DNA from: Ginglymostoma cirratum
Lineage: Eukaryota
Direction of reading: 5' to 3'
Assembly: GCA_024137785.1 (NCBI GenBank)
Contig: JAHRHZ010000271.1
Location: forward strand, 18,983,986-19,047,985
DNA length: 64,000 bases
The stretch's first letter is position 1. Each line of letters begins with the position of its first letter. Below are positions 23,144 through 35,640 of the stretch, one piece after another. A model generated the notes under the pieces. That model did no database searches, had not been told where the DNA came from, and was given only the letters and a program-made list of their open reading frames with translations. The position numbers were made by a program, and so were the translations under genes.

Positions 23144-25849
23144 CTACAAAGAATAAAACAAGAATCAACAACTAATGCTGTCTGGCCATCTTGTGACCAG
23201 CAGTATTCAGCCAACAGCACCAACTCAAATAGCACCCTGTGTACAATCGGTTAATTTGGCACATACCAGGAAATGAACCCAACTTCTTGCGTATTAGCTT
23301 ACCAACTGAATCAGTTACGTACATAATGCACTTCACAAATATGAATGACTGTGCAATGAAATTAGAATCTATTAAAATAGTGCTACAGAATTTACAATTT
23401 ACTTACACTATGAGGAAAATCTAAACAGATGTATTTAAAGTCAGCTCATGTCAAACACTTAAGTCTTTAAACACTTAGTTAATGCAAATTGTAACATTTA
23501 GAGGTGGAGGAAGTCCAGTGAAATATTTTGAATATTGAAGAGGACTTGCATGCATCTTCACAAATATTACCCAGACTTGCTTTATTTGCAACCGCTTTAA
23601 CGCAAGTCTCAATTTTCGCAAGAAAAGATTTTCTGTGCCATTCCAAACAAATGTTGCACAACCTTCTATGCTAAGAAGTCATGAACTAGTCTGCATCTGT
23701 ACATCACAAGAAACTAGGGGGTTAAAATGTGGGGAAATGCTTTTCACAAATCTCAGTTGCACAATTGAGCTGTACAAAAATGAAGATATTTCTTTGCAAG
23801 TAAAGAATTTGATACATTCTTGTGCTTTACACTTTCAGAAATGATTTGACATAATTTGAATCATAGTACTCTTCAATCCCACTTTCCTTTAACATGTAAC
23901 GTTGAAATCCCATAGACAATACTTATGCTATCACAATTATTTTCAAATAACACTGAACGTAAGTTGGGATGTCTTATGGCCAGTAGAAGGCATTCATCCC
24001 ACTGAGCCTAAGTCCAAGGCCTACTCCAAGATTTGTTGGTCACAGGAGGGGCATTCATGGTGTTGCTATTCAGGTTGGAAATTATTCTGTTAATCCTTCC
24101 AACATAACCATGGTAAAACAGATTCCTATCCAGCCTGATGCACAGTGGAGCTCCTCATTAGCCATCTGCCTCTCTAGTTATTTAATACCCATAGCCATGA
24201 GATGGCTATGACTAATTACAGATGGATAGGTGCGTACTACAATGGAAAATTAGAAAACCCTATTGAAATTCTTACAAAAACTTCTAATGAATTGCCAAGT
24301 ACTCCAATGTTTTAATTTACTTTATAAACATTCACTCTTCACCAACTTAAATATTTGTTTACAAATATAGTGACTATTCCAGAAACCTGGTATTTATTAT
24401 ATTCGTTCTTCATCGTTACTGGAGCCATGTCACAATCTAATGACATCAGCAACAGCACCAATCTGCAATCTAAAAGCAGCTAGATAAATAACAGATCAAA
24501 AGGAGGAGACTTCCCAGAGCACTTTTAAAATTCAGTGTCAAATGCTACTGCTCAGGTGGTCCATAAAAGTATCCAATTTAAATGTCTGCACCACCATTTT
24601 AACCTTTCAAAAGACCATTATGCACAATTACTACATCCATTTCTCTACTGTACTTTCTTCTACTTAAATATGATTTTCCTTTTCCTTGGAGAGACACTAT
24701 TTCAAAGACTGGTTCTAATGTTGTACTTACTTCACTAGGGCTCATGCTCATCATCACTGGTTGAAAAGAAATTAGTTGATGTTGCATTTGAGAGACAAAG
24801 TGGATACCAGCGCATTCAAATTGGTGATGGCATTGGTACATAAATTATGCATCAGGAGTGCACCACACTTCATACCAGTAAAATCTCCAGCTTAGGCATT
24901 CAGCATCAATGGCTGAAACAGTCAGTCTGCATATGCAAGTAGAGAATCTCGGACTAAGAGGCCTCCGTTCCAAAAATTCAGTTGCCCCGGATGCAGTAGC
25001 GCTAGTACTGCAGCATTCACAGTAACAATGTTCACTTGCAGTTAAACCTGTAGTCCCTGTTCACTAAAACATTTACTCAGGAGGAGGAATGCACTTCCTG
25101 ACTTCACATTCAATGCATAACCAAAAGTGAATCCCCCATGAACTACACTGCTGTGCATGCTTTGGACACTTCTACCAGTTTATGTACGAAAAGTACTTTA
25201 CCCTAACACTCTTGTTGATGAGGCAGACAAAGGGACACAGAATTCAATCTGTGCCTCAACTCAGTCTTATTAACAAAATACTCCTTATTAAAAGCACTAT
25301 GTGAGCACTTCCAGATTCCCACAATATTTACTCTAGCTAGTTCTGTCTGAGGAGGGATATTACCTGCAACTATCGAGGTTTAAGCTAGGCTGTTGGAATC
25401 TACCTCATCTCTGACATATGGATGGCTCTCTTCTACGAAGATGGGTTTCGCAGATGAGGGTGGTTCTTCGCAGGTTGCTGCACAGTCTTCACTATGAAGG
25501 TGGCTTTCATATGTGCGTTCTTAACCCACCCCGACCTTCCAGAATGTTTGTGGTCTTTGGCTCAGTACAAAGCAATCAGTGGGGTTGCGTCAAGACCCTT
25601 TGATGTTGCTATGCTGAGCATGTGCAGAGTGCACAGCTTCAGGCAGTGGGTGGAAGTCAAGATGCCTGGAAGTCTGATTGAAACATCGCCAAAACATAAC
25701 CCATGGGCTGGTTGTAAGTGGTTCCCTTTGTGACCTTGGTTTTCACTGATCTCTGTAGCCGATTGTTGTTGGCTGCTCCACATGATATCAATAAGCAGTT
25801 GGAGGCAGTGGATGCTGGCCCTGACACATTCCTGCTATTGTACTGAAGA

Positions 25850-27590
25850 AGCGTGCTCCAGAACATGCTGAGCCAAGCTATTCTGGTACAGCAACACTTG
25901 CATCCACAAGAAGTGGAAAACAGGCCAGGTCTGCCCTGTACACAAAATGAATGACAAATTCCATCCTGACAACTGGCCACCCCACCCACCCTCCAAATCA
26001 GCATGCTTTGGATCATCAGTAAAGTAATGGAAGGGCCATCAACAGCATTATAGAGCAACACCTGCTTTGCAATAACCTGCGCACTGACACTCAGTTTGTG
26101 TTCTGCTTGGGAGACACAGCTTCTCGACCTCTTTAGCCTTGTAACATATGTGAACAAAAGAACTCAATTCCAAAGCTGCAGTGAGATGAACTACCCTTGA
26201 CATATTGGTCACAAATGACCAAGTGTGGTATCACAGCGCCCAAGCAAAACCAGATAGAATGGGAATCAGAGGCAAAAACTCTTTGCTCGTTGGAGTCATA
26301 TCTAACCCAAAGGAAGTTGGTTATGGTTGTCGGAGGTCAGTCAACTCAGCTCTACGACATCTTTGCAGGCATTCCTCGGGCCAGGGCTCTAAGTACTCTT
26401 CAACTGCTCCATGAACCTTACCTCCATTTTAAGATCAGAAGTGGGAACGTTTGCTGATGATTGCATAATTTTGGCACCATCCGCAGCTCTTTAGATACTG
26501 AAACAGTCCATGTTCAAATCCAGTAAGATGTGGATAATATCCAGGTTTTGTGTGACAAGTGGTAATTAAAATCTGTGCCACACAACTATCAAATAATCAC
26601 CAGCTTCAAACAAAAAGAAAAAGGAGTAGGCCATTTGGTGCCTCAAGCCTGCACTACCATTCATTAAGATTGTGCCTGATGTAACCAATGTTCCTTGATA
26701 TTCAATGACATTACTATCACTGAATTCACCACTATAAATATTGAGGTTTATTACTGAGCTGGACTAGTCATATAAATGTTGTTGCTACAGAAGCAGGTCA
26801 GAGGCTAGGAATCCTAGTGAGTAACTCACTATCTGATTCCTCAAAGAGTGCCCAAGGGACAAGTCAAGAGTGTGATGTAAAACTCTCCTCTTACCTGGAT
26901 GAGTGCCTCTCCAGCAATACTCAAAGCTTGACACTATCCAGGACAAAGCAATCATTTAATTGACCCCACATCTGCAAACATCCAGTCCCTCCACTACTAA
27001 AGCTCAGCAGCAGCAGTGTGTACAATCTACAAAATTAGCAGACTCTTTAAATAGCACCTTCTAAACCTTCACCCAATACCAGAAAAGGAAGAAGGTGGAC
27101 GAAACATGGGAACACAACCACTTGCAAGCTCCCCTCCAAGCCTCTCACCATCCTGACTTGGAAATATATATACTTCCTTCAGTGTTGTTGAGTGAAGATT
27201 TTGGAATTATCTCCCAACTGTATTGTGGGTGTACCTAAACTTCATGGACCGCAGTATTTCAAGGCAGCAGTTCACTACCACCACCTTTTCAAGGGCAATT
27301 AGGATAGGCAATAAATACTGGTCCAGCCAGCAACAAACACTTCCCCTAAATAAAAACAAACAAAAAGCACCACCTGCCAGTTCTCCTCAAGTTATATATC
27401 ATCCTGACATTATCACTATTGTCTCACTGTTGTGATGTCAAAATTCTTGAAACTACTTCCTAACAGCACCACGGTGTTCCTATGCCCTAGGAGTGTAGTG
27501 GTTCATATAGTAGTGCACCACCAACTTCTCCAGCACAACTGGAAATGGTGATGGTCAAGCCAATGACACCCATATCCCATATAAGAATTT
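25850..27590 (+). mobile_element. Old CR1-clade LINE RT/3' fragments in UQCC2 intron 3
   Basis: FADD motif (TTTGCTGATGAT, 26450-26461), ESYLTQRKLVMVVGGQS, tail GGCAATAAATACTGG. Confidence 0.7.
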
Positions 27591-27787
27591 ATATTAAAAA
27601 ACTGAACCTCAAGTCTCTGGTACACAATTCTAATGTAACATTAGTTCAGGGCAAGAAACCAGCTGAATGAAAAACCTAACTTGTCCTACGCTATCATATG
27701 CAATGTGCACAATATTGCTTTTAACCTTCTTTGATACTACAACAGCAGGAGTCTTCTGTCAAGTACTACAAATTCCAGAGTAGTTAC

Positions 27788-27857
27788 CTGTTGCAAGGAC
27801 CAGTCGGCATTCTTCCACAGTTACACCAGTGAAACTTGTGTTTCTGAGACGAGGGTA
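27788..27857 (-). CDS. UQCC2: UQCC2 exon 3
   Basis: ttcag|TAC...ACA G|gtaac; YPRLRNTSFTGVTVEECRLVLAT; 70 nt, phase fits exon 4. Confidence 0.93.
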
Positions 27858-28304
27858 CTGAAATGAAATAAGTTGTTAGATTTAAGATTATTTGCTTATA
27901 CACCTTTGAGCAAAACCATCCCAAAGTCCTGTGATATTCTGAATTTGGGCATGACCGACTTTAGATATCTTTGAAAAGAACACTGCAAAAGAAGAATGAA
28001 TTCAATTTTATCGGGTTGCACGTGTACAGATGAGAGTTATGATGTAAACAATCTTGGGGGAGTAAACAAATTGCTAATTACAGCCTATAATTAATTTGCT
28101 TGCCAACCCTAATCAAACTCAACTGTACTGACAGAATTATTGCAACTGAATTGTTTCAGAAGTATATGATAGGCTTATATCAGCATTCACTGAATTCCTA
28201 TTCTCTTCAAAAACTTTTTGTTCAACTTCATTCAAGCACAAATTAGTGCACAATCTAAATATTTACTGTTAATATCAATGTACATTTGACATGGTTGTTT
28301 TACT

Positions 28305-29130
28305 TCATTCATTCATGGGATGTGAGTATCGCTAAAGAGACCAGCATTTGTTGTCCATGAGAAACTGATTGTAAGCTGCCTTGAACTACTGCAGTCCATT
28401 TGGTGTAGGTACAGCCATAATGCTATTAGGCAGAGTTCCACGATATTGAGCCAGTGACTCTGAAGGAATGGTGATATATTTCCAAGTCAGAATGGTGAGA
28501 AGCTTGGAGGGAAACCTGCAAGTGGTGGTGTTTCCATGCATATGCCCTTCTCCACGGTAGTGGTAAAGGGTTTGAATGGCACTGTTTAAACAGTCACGGT
28601 AAATTTCTGCCGGTACACACTGTTGCTACAGAGCTTCGGTGGAGGAACTACACACGAGGCCAATTAATCAGCCTGCTTTGTCCTGGATGATGTTGTTGGA
28701 ACTGCATTCATTCAAGCAAGTGGAGAATATTCCATCACACTCGTCACTTGTGCCTTGTAGATGGTGGACAGGCTTTGAAGAGTCAGGTGGTGGGTTGTGG
28801 ACATGAAGAGTTTTAGGTCAGGCACAATCTTAATGAATGGTAGTGCAGGCTTGAGGCACCAAATGGCCTACTCCTATTTCTTTTTGTCTACCTATGCAGG
28901 ATTCCTAGCCTCTGAGCTGCTCTTGTAACCACAATACTTACATGACTGGTCCCATTAAATTTCTGGTTAACGGTTGGGGTTGTTGATAGAGGGAAATTCA
29001 GCAATAATAATGCTGATATTCTCTCTTGTTTGAGACAGTCATTGCCTGGCATTTGGTGTGAATGATACTTGCCACTTGGACAACATCCAGATTTGGGTTG
29101 ACATGTCTTACATCTGAGTAGTCTCGAATG
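28305..29130 (-). mobile_element. Old CR1-clade LINE 3' fragment in UQCC2 intron 2
   Basis: NQKFNGTSHVSIVVTRAAQRLGILHR on minus; same family as 25850-27590. Confidence 0.65.
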
Positions 29131-29361
29131 GTACTGAAAAGTACTGGATTTCAGCAACTGTTTTTTTTTTTATTTGGTCACCCAGATTTGGGATATTCCC
29201 CTCTAATTGCTCTTCTTTCTTCCCCTAATTATTTCAGTCTTAGCCAGTTTCTACTCTGGGGAGTTTCTAGAATTGAATGCTTAACTTTGTCCTTTTTGAT
29301 TCAGCAATGTGATTCATAAACAAATATAAGAGGAAGGATAAACACGTCAAAGCATCAGTAC

Positions 29362-29436
29362 CTTGTTTTTGTAATAAGCAGAATGAATCCTGGCTAAACT
29401 TTCATACATCCGATCACATTTCTCTGGATCTGCAAT
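29362..29436 (-). CDS. UQCC2: UQCC2 exon 2
   Basis: tttag|ATT...AAG|gtact; IADPEKCDRMYESLARIHSAYYKNK; 75 nt. Confidence 0.95.
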
Positions 29437-30049
29437 CTAAACACAAAAATGTTAAAACAAAATATTACTAAAAGTCAAAAATCACGAAAGCTAATGGTGG
29501 TGCACATATCCTATAGGGATCTCTGGCCCCAATATTTACACAAAGACAGGAAGGAGTCTCAGGTAGGACATCTAGAAGCTTATTTTTTCCGTAAAGCAGG
29601 TTTTCCATCCAACAGCCAGCCTGATTATCTGGTGCATTTCTGTTGGGATAGACAGACATTGGCACAAGGATGTAGCCAGGAAAACAGGGAAGGTGAGAAA
29701 GATTGTTATTCAAGGGATAAGCTTATGATTTGCAAGATGAGGGATGGAGAACTGTTATATCAATTTCGGTTGTGGGGTGGATTAGTCAAAGATAGTGACC
29801 AACAGATCCTACTAATCTAAATTCAGCAAGATAAACTCATACAATCATGATGCATTGTCACAATTCAGACTCCTCAAGTTCAAGATTCGCTCACTCCTAA
29901 ATGATTTATTTAAAAACAATATTGCCTATTTAGTAAAACAGTGAGCTCAGAATTGCAAACATGGGGCTCAGTTCCTTCTCCAGGAGTATACATTTAATCT
30001 ACTGTCGAGATCGCCTCATTCTCAAATATATACTTTGTAAATGCAAACG

Positions 30050-30830
30050 GCAACAGAGTCAACTGGCTCATCATCTATGCTGATGACATCAGATCTACCT
30101 CTGCACTCACTCACAACCTTCTTGACAAAACATTAAACAAGGCTAAGGATATCATTTTTAGCCCTTTCCACGCAAGTCAGAGCATCGCCACTAAATTTTT
30201 CCCCTCTTCGGTCGCTGTACAGTGAGCCAAAATTTTCTAACTTCGAGTTCATTTTCCAATCCTGTATCATACATTTTCCAGAGTGTATGTTTCCTTCCAA
30301 CTGCGTAAGACTACTGTTTCCACCTTTGCCCTCAGCCCATAAACTGTTGGGATCCTCACCTATTCTCATCTCAAACCTCAATTCCTCCAGTGCTTTCTCA
30401 AATACCTCAATCTTCAATTTATCCCAAAATCTGGTGCGTACATCCTATCCTACATTAGCTGCCAATTGTCCCACTCTCTGCACTTATTCTCAAAATTAAA
30501 ATTCCCAGACTTGTGTTAAAGTACCTTCATTATGCCATCCTTTTCCAACTCTAATTCAACTAGGCCTACAACCTCTCACGTTAAACTTTCTGTTCCGTTG
30601 ACTTAATGCAGGTGCTACACACACCATTCAAAAACAAATCACCATGTGCCATGCGTTCAACTGCTTATGCCCAACATTATCAACATTTCGAATTCACTCC
30701 ATCTTTTAAAATCCTTTTCAAAGTTACAACTTTGGCTAGGGTTTTATTCAGCCCACTTAATATCTCTGTTATGCCCACTTTAAATTAAGCCTGAGGGAAA
30801 CAAGTCAAGATATTTTACTAAAGAACTCAA
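30050..30830 (+). mobile_element. Highly decayed L2-like LINE fragment
   Basis: TATGCTGATGACATCAGATCTAC (YADDIRS-like) followed by C-rich L2-type sequence. Confidence 0.5.
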
Positions 30831-30899
30831 ATAGAAGCAGTTGGCCACACGACCCTAAAGACTGTTCCACTAATGAATAAGCTTAAAGCTGATCTACCT

Positions 30900-31300
30900 C
30901 CACAATACAGGACTTGACAGGGCAAGACGTGGAAAGAGATAACACAGTGTGAAGCTGGAGGAGCACAGCAGGCCAGGCAGCATCAGAGAAGCAGGAAAAG
31001 ACGTGGAAAGGTTGTTTCTTCTTGCGGGAGAATTAAGGGGTCGCACATTTAAGACAGATTAGGGGCAATTCTCTCCGGGGGTTTTAAATCCATGGAATTT
31101 TTTTTAACCAGAGAATTGCTGAGGCTGGATCATTAAATATATTCAAGGCTGAGAGATGTTTTAATTAGTAAGCGAATCAGGAGTTGTGTAAATGGGAAGT
31201 AAGTGATGTTGATAATTATCAGTTCATCCATGATCTCAATGAATGATGGTGCTCAATGGGCTGAATGGCCTACTTCTGTTCCTATGTCTTATGGTCTTAT
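30900..31300 (+). mobile_element. CR1 3' fragment containing a 61-bp PLE-terminus insertion (30937-30997, minus) with 13-bp TSD
   Basis: AAGACGTGGAAAG at 30924-30936 and 30998-31010 flanks the reverse-complemented family body. Confidence 0.8.
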
Positions 31301-31659
31301 TAATTTAAATTTCCTGACTGATTCTCATATCTCTTTATTCCCTTAGAGTTGAAAACTCTAGTGATGCAAGCCCTGAATATTTCAATAACTGAGTCTTCAC
31401 AACTCTGGGGCAGAGAATTCCAAGTTCTCTTAGTGGAGGACCTTCTCATTTTGACCCAAACTGGATATCCCCTTACCTTGAGGTTATGCTGTCTTATCCT
31501 TGGTTCTCCAGATTAGAACAACAGACTCTACAGCAAAAGTCATATATAAAGGGCAAGTTTGTTTCTCAATTTAAAACAATGATCAGATAAAAATTATTGA
31601 AGTAAATGCAGAATTGGCCGGAAGTTGACAATATGTTCCAAATATGCTTCTGCTCACAT

Positions 31660-31870
31660 ATCTAGGCTGATGTTTCACAGCAGTACTGTGGTATTGCTGC
31701 ACTGTCTGATTATTGTTCAGTTGAGACATTAACAAGTCTGCTTGCTCTGAGCATTTAGGTGGATGCTAAGATTTCCACAGTAGTCCTTACACCCAAGGCC
31801 TAGTGAATATTTCCAACACAACGACCTTAAAGTTAAATAACTGCTCCTCTAACTCACTGCTTTTGGAATT
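31660..31870 (+). mobile_element. Degenerate Deu-domain SINE
   Basis: CAGTACTG...GCTGCACTGTC...TGAGACATTAAC...AGGTGGATG...AAGAT resembles the recalled Deu domain. Confidence 0.45.
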
Positions 31871-32859
31871 TAAAGGCAGCTAAGAACTAATAGAAATGTA
31901 CGTCTACCGTCCTTTTCGTTAATAGTGTATCAATAATGCTATTTTTGTATCCACTGGCAAGGCAATATTCATTGTTTATCGCTCGCTACCCAACGGTAAC
32001 AAATCAACTGCAATCTGGAATCTCATATACCAGACCAGACTCAGCTTGCATGTTTCTCCCTGAAATGTGTTAGTGGACCATCTGGTAATTTTTTTTTTTT
32101 TTTAAAATTAGATCTGGCAGCTCCCAATCATGTTTCTTTTCTGCTGACAGCCTGTATGTTAGTTACCACATTTCTATATTCAAGTTCACAACATGTCATG
32201 GTTGGATTTAAACTGTCAAACTCCAATAATCACCAAGCTTCCATAACTCCCATCAGTTGACAATTGCATGTAGTTAAATACGTGAACAATAAGTCTAAGT
32301 CTTTTAAGCTATGAAACGCCTTCCATTTTGTTAACTAATCATAATAGTATACTATTGTGTAGTGTTAAAATTCAAAGTACTGCAGTGAATTTTCTGGTAG
32401 ATTGAAATAGAGATACAGGAGAACATGCATTTGAAATTTTTAAAAAGGCAGCTTTTTGTAGCTCTATTTGTTTTTCAATTGAATTCTCTAAACTGATCAA
32501 ATACAGGTTCAATATAATTTTGATTCTATCTACTCTATCAATTTACAGTTAATTAAAATGGCAAATTAAAAATCCTGGCACAGGAAAACAGCCACTGTAG
32601 AATTTAATTTCTGTATTATGCAAAATGTACCATTACAAAATAAAAACTGGAGGAGATGGTATGTTTCAACTCCCTACTAATTTAGTCTTTTTAATCCGTG
32701 AGGTTCCATCTGCATTTGTGCATCGCAAACTGTCAAGACTTTTTTTATTCCCTAACTGCTCCCTCACTCCTAAATCCAAGACAACTCAAAGCATCACCTG
32801 TGATATTCCAATAAAGCCTCCAACCTAACCATTACAGTTCTATATATACTCTGCCTCTG

Positions 32860-33970
32860 CCCCTGCACCTCCCTCCCCAACTCCCCCATCTTCACCTTTT
32901 ACACTCATTCTCCCTGCACAACTTTCCCCATCTCCTGATGGGCCCTCCACTCCCCTCTCATCCTTCACCCCCCTTCCTTTCCCCCTTTGCCCTCATTGCA
33001 CCCCCTTCACACCCTCCTCCTTTTCCACCTCCGCCCACCTTCCCCTTCACCCCTCCTCCTCTTATCCCATTCCCCCATATCCATCACCCCCTCTTGCTCT
33101 TCTTACACTCCCCTTCCTCCCTCCCCAACTCCCCCATCTTCACCTTTTACACTCATTCTCCCTGCGCAACATTCCCCATCTCCTGATGGGCCCTCCATTC
33201 CCCTCCCATCCTTCACCCTCCTTTCACAGCCTCCTTCCTTTCCCCCGTTGCCCTCATTGCCCCCCCTTCACACCCTCCTCCTTTTCCACCTTCACCCACC
33301 CACCCTCCTCTTATCCCATTCCCCCCCTCCTCTTATCCCATTCCCCCCTCCTCTTATCCCATTCCCCCATATCCACCACCCCCTCTTGCCCTTCCTACAC
33401 TCCCCTTCCTCATCTTATCCACTACTCCCACTCCCCTTTCAACCGAACCACTGCTCCCATTTCCCAAACCCCTTCACCCCAATCATCAGCTCCCCCTTCA
33501 TCTCCCCGACAGCCCTGATATCTGACCCACCTGGTCCCCAGCTCCCCAAAACCCCCGATCACTTACTCTACCCCACCCCACAATCCCCCTCCTCTCTCAC
33601 TGCCCCATTCCACCCCCACAGCCAGAAGCCCTGCCCCCGCTCCCCCTTCCCAACCCCTGCGCCGCTCCCCCCGCGACCCGAACCCCTGCCCCGTTCTCCG
33701 TCCCCCGACCCGACCCGACCCGAACCCGAACCCCTGCCCCTGCCCCTGCCNNNNNNNNNNCCTGCCCCTGCCCCTGCCCCGAACCCGAACCCCTGCCCCG
33801 TTCTCCGCCCCCCCGACCCGACCCGACCCGACCCGAACCGAACCGAACCGAACCGAACCGAACCCCTGCCCCGTTCTCCGCCCCCCGACCCGAACCCCTG
33901 CCCCATTCCCAACCATTCCTACCCCCACCCCATTCCCAACCATTCCTACCCCCACCCCCACCCCCACCCT
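32860..33970. repeat. C-rich (G-rich on the UQCC2 sense strand) tandem and low-complexity array with an assembly gap
   Basis: ~248-bp duplication (units start ~32871 and ~33119), CCTCTTATCCCATTCCCCC repeats, (CCGAA)n, (CCCGA)n, (CCCCTG)n; 10 Ns at 33751-33760. Confidence 0.9.
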
Positions 33971-33979
33971 CCGGTTTAC

Positions 33980-34117
33980 CTGGGAGCTCTCCCCTTCTCG
34001 GAAACCTTGCGCCACTCTCTGGCGGATGAAAGCCCCGAGGTCTCGGCCTTTCTTGGTCTGATCCAGAGGCCACTCCTCGCAGAGTTTCAGGAAGCGACGA
34101 TACCGGGTCGCAGCCAT
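33980..34117 (-). CDS. UQCC2: UQCC2 exon 1 (coding part)
   Basis: ATG at 34117; [46 protein letters not shown]|gtaaac. Four exons splice to 127 aa. Confidence 0.97.
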
Positions 34118-34119
34118 TC

Positions 34120-34235
34120 TGAGGGCCCACAGGCCGCTGTCGAACACCCTCACCGGCTCCGCCGGCACCGACCCTTCAACAGCCAACAAAACAAAATGGC
34201 GCGTGCACGTGTACGCATGTGCGGTCCCGGCAGCC
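34120..34235 (-). promoter_or_regulatory. UQCC2: UQCC2 5' UTR and CpG-rich core promoter with YY1 site and E-box
   Basis: CAAAATGGCG at 34192-34201 (YY1 consensus), CACGTG at 34206-34211, NRF1-like GCGCGTGCAC and ACGCATGTGCG; the exon 1 region is the only clearly CpG-dense part of the window. Confidence 0.65.
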
Positions 34236-34302
34236 TATACCACCTGAGCAGCTCGTGCTGCCTGAGCTGTCAATCATTGAGAATCCTTGTGCTCTCTGTA
34301 CC

Positions 34303-34403
34303 AGAGATGATAATGTGTGGAGTTGGATGAACGCAGCAGGCCAAGCAGCATCATAGGAGCCGGAAAGCTTGACGTTTCGGGCCTAGACCCTTCATCAGAA
34401 ATG
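34303..34403 (-). mobile_element. PLE-terminus short element with intact minimal hammerhead (34371-34398)
   Basis: Reverse complement CTGATGAAGGGTCTAGGCCCGAAACGTCAAGCTTTCC. Confidence 0.85.
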
Positions 34404-34439
34404 CATTATTCACATAATTTGGCCATCCTCCCTTGGCCT

Positions 34440-35640
34440 GTATGAGAAATTTGTTTAACTTGGCTTGTAATCAGAGAGTTAAGAAGTATGAGAAAAATCT
34501 AATTGATGTGTATGCAATTTTAACAGGGCTAGACAGACTAGATGCAAGAAGATGTTTTCCCTGGTTGAGGAGTCTAGAAGCAGGGGACGTGGTCTCAGGG
34601 TAAGGGGTGGACTAGTGAAAGGCCAGTGGAGGCCAAATCACTGAATATATTCAAATAAAAGATAGAGAGATGGTATGGAAACAGACTCCTCTGTCCAACT
34701 AGTCTACGCCAACCATGTTCCTAGACTAAACTTGTCCCACTTGCTTGTGTTTTGGCCTATATCCCTCCAAACATTTCCTATTCATGTACCTATCCAAATG
34801 TCTTTTAAATGTTGTAACTGTACCTGCATCCACCACTTCCTCTGGCAGTTCATTCCACACACGAACCACTCTGGTTGAAGAAGTTGCCCCTCATGTCCTT
34901 TTTAAAAATTTCTCCTCTCACCTGAAAAGTACGCCCCTCAGTTTTGAACTCCCCCACCCAAGGGGAAAGATCCTTGCTATTCACCTTATAGAGGTTTACA
35001 AAATTATGAGGGGCATAGATAAGGTCACCCCTCAACCTCCCATGCTCCAGTGAAAAAAAGTCCCAGCCAATTCAGCCACTCCTTATATCTCAAACCTTCA
35101 TTCCTGCAACATCCTGGTAAATCTTTTCTGAATCATCTTCAATTTAATAATATCCTTCCTATAGCAGAGCAACCAGAACTGCACACAGTACTCCACAAGA
35201 GGCCTCACCAACATCCTGTGCAACTTCAACATGACATCCCAATTCCTTTACTCTAAGGCCTGAGCAATGAAGGCAAGTGTGCTAGATGCCTTCATTACCA
35301 CCCTGTCTACCTGTTTCACTTTTAAAGACATCAGGAATACAGTGAGAAAATGGGAATATGGAATTAAGTTAGAGGATCGACTGTGATCATATTGGATGGT
35401 GTGGAGGTGCTGATGTTATAGTGGGGTGGACAATGTCAAAAATCACACAACACCAGGCTATAGTTTATATAAACAGGTTTATTTGAAGATACCCGAGGAT
35501 GGAGTGAGTCTCCAAAACCTTGTGTCTTAAAATAAACCTGTTGGACTATAACCTGGTGTTGTGTGATTTTTGGCCATATTGAATGGAGGAACTGGCTCAA
35601 AAGCCTGAATGATCTACTCCCACTCCTAGTTCTTGTGTGT
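34440..35640. mobile_element. Nested CR1 3' fragments: a + strand copy interrupted by a - strand copy (~34660-35310)
   Basis: The minus copy matches the CR1 RT C-terminus and 3' UTR of 45400-46010. Confidence 0.75.
35401..35574. mobile_element. PLE-derived fold-back insertion (AATAAACCTGTTGGACTA family)
   Basis: Arms ~35435-35489 and ~35525-35574; loop CCCGAGGATGGAGTGAGTCTCCAAAACCTT is a decayed hammerhead; TSD-like CATATTG(G/A)ATGG at 35388 and 35575. Confidence 0.75.

Noticed and set aside
34118-34189. N-terminal extension of UQCC2 suggested by ORF 33563-34189
   Set aside because: It starts at a non-ATG codon; homology begins at MAATRYRRF.
32938-34330. Long Pro-rich and Gly-rich ORFs (447 aa on +, several on -)
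   Set aside because: They arise from stop-poor low-complexity repeat spanning an N gap; only 33980-34117 is real coding sequence (UQCC2 exon 1).
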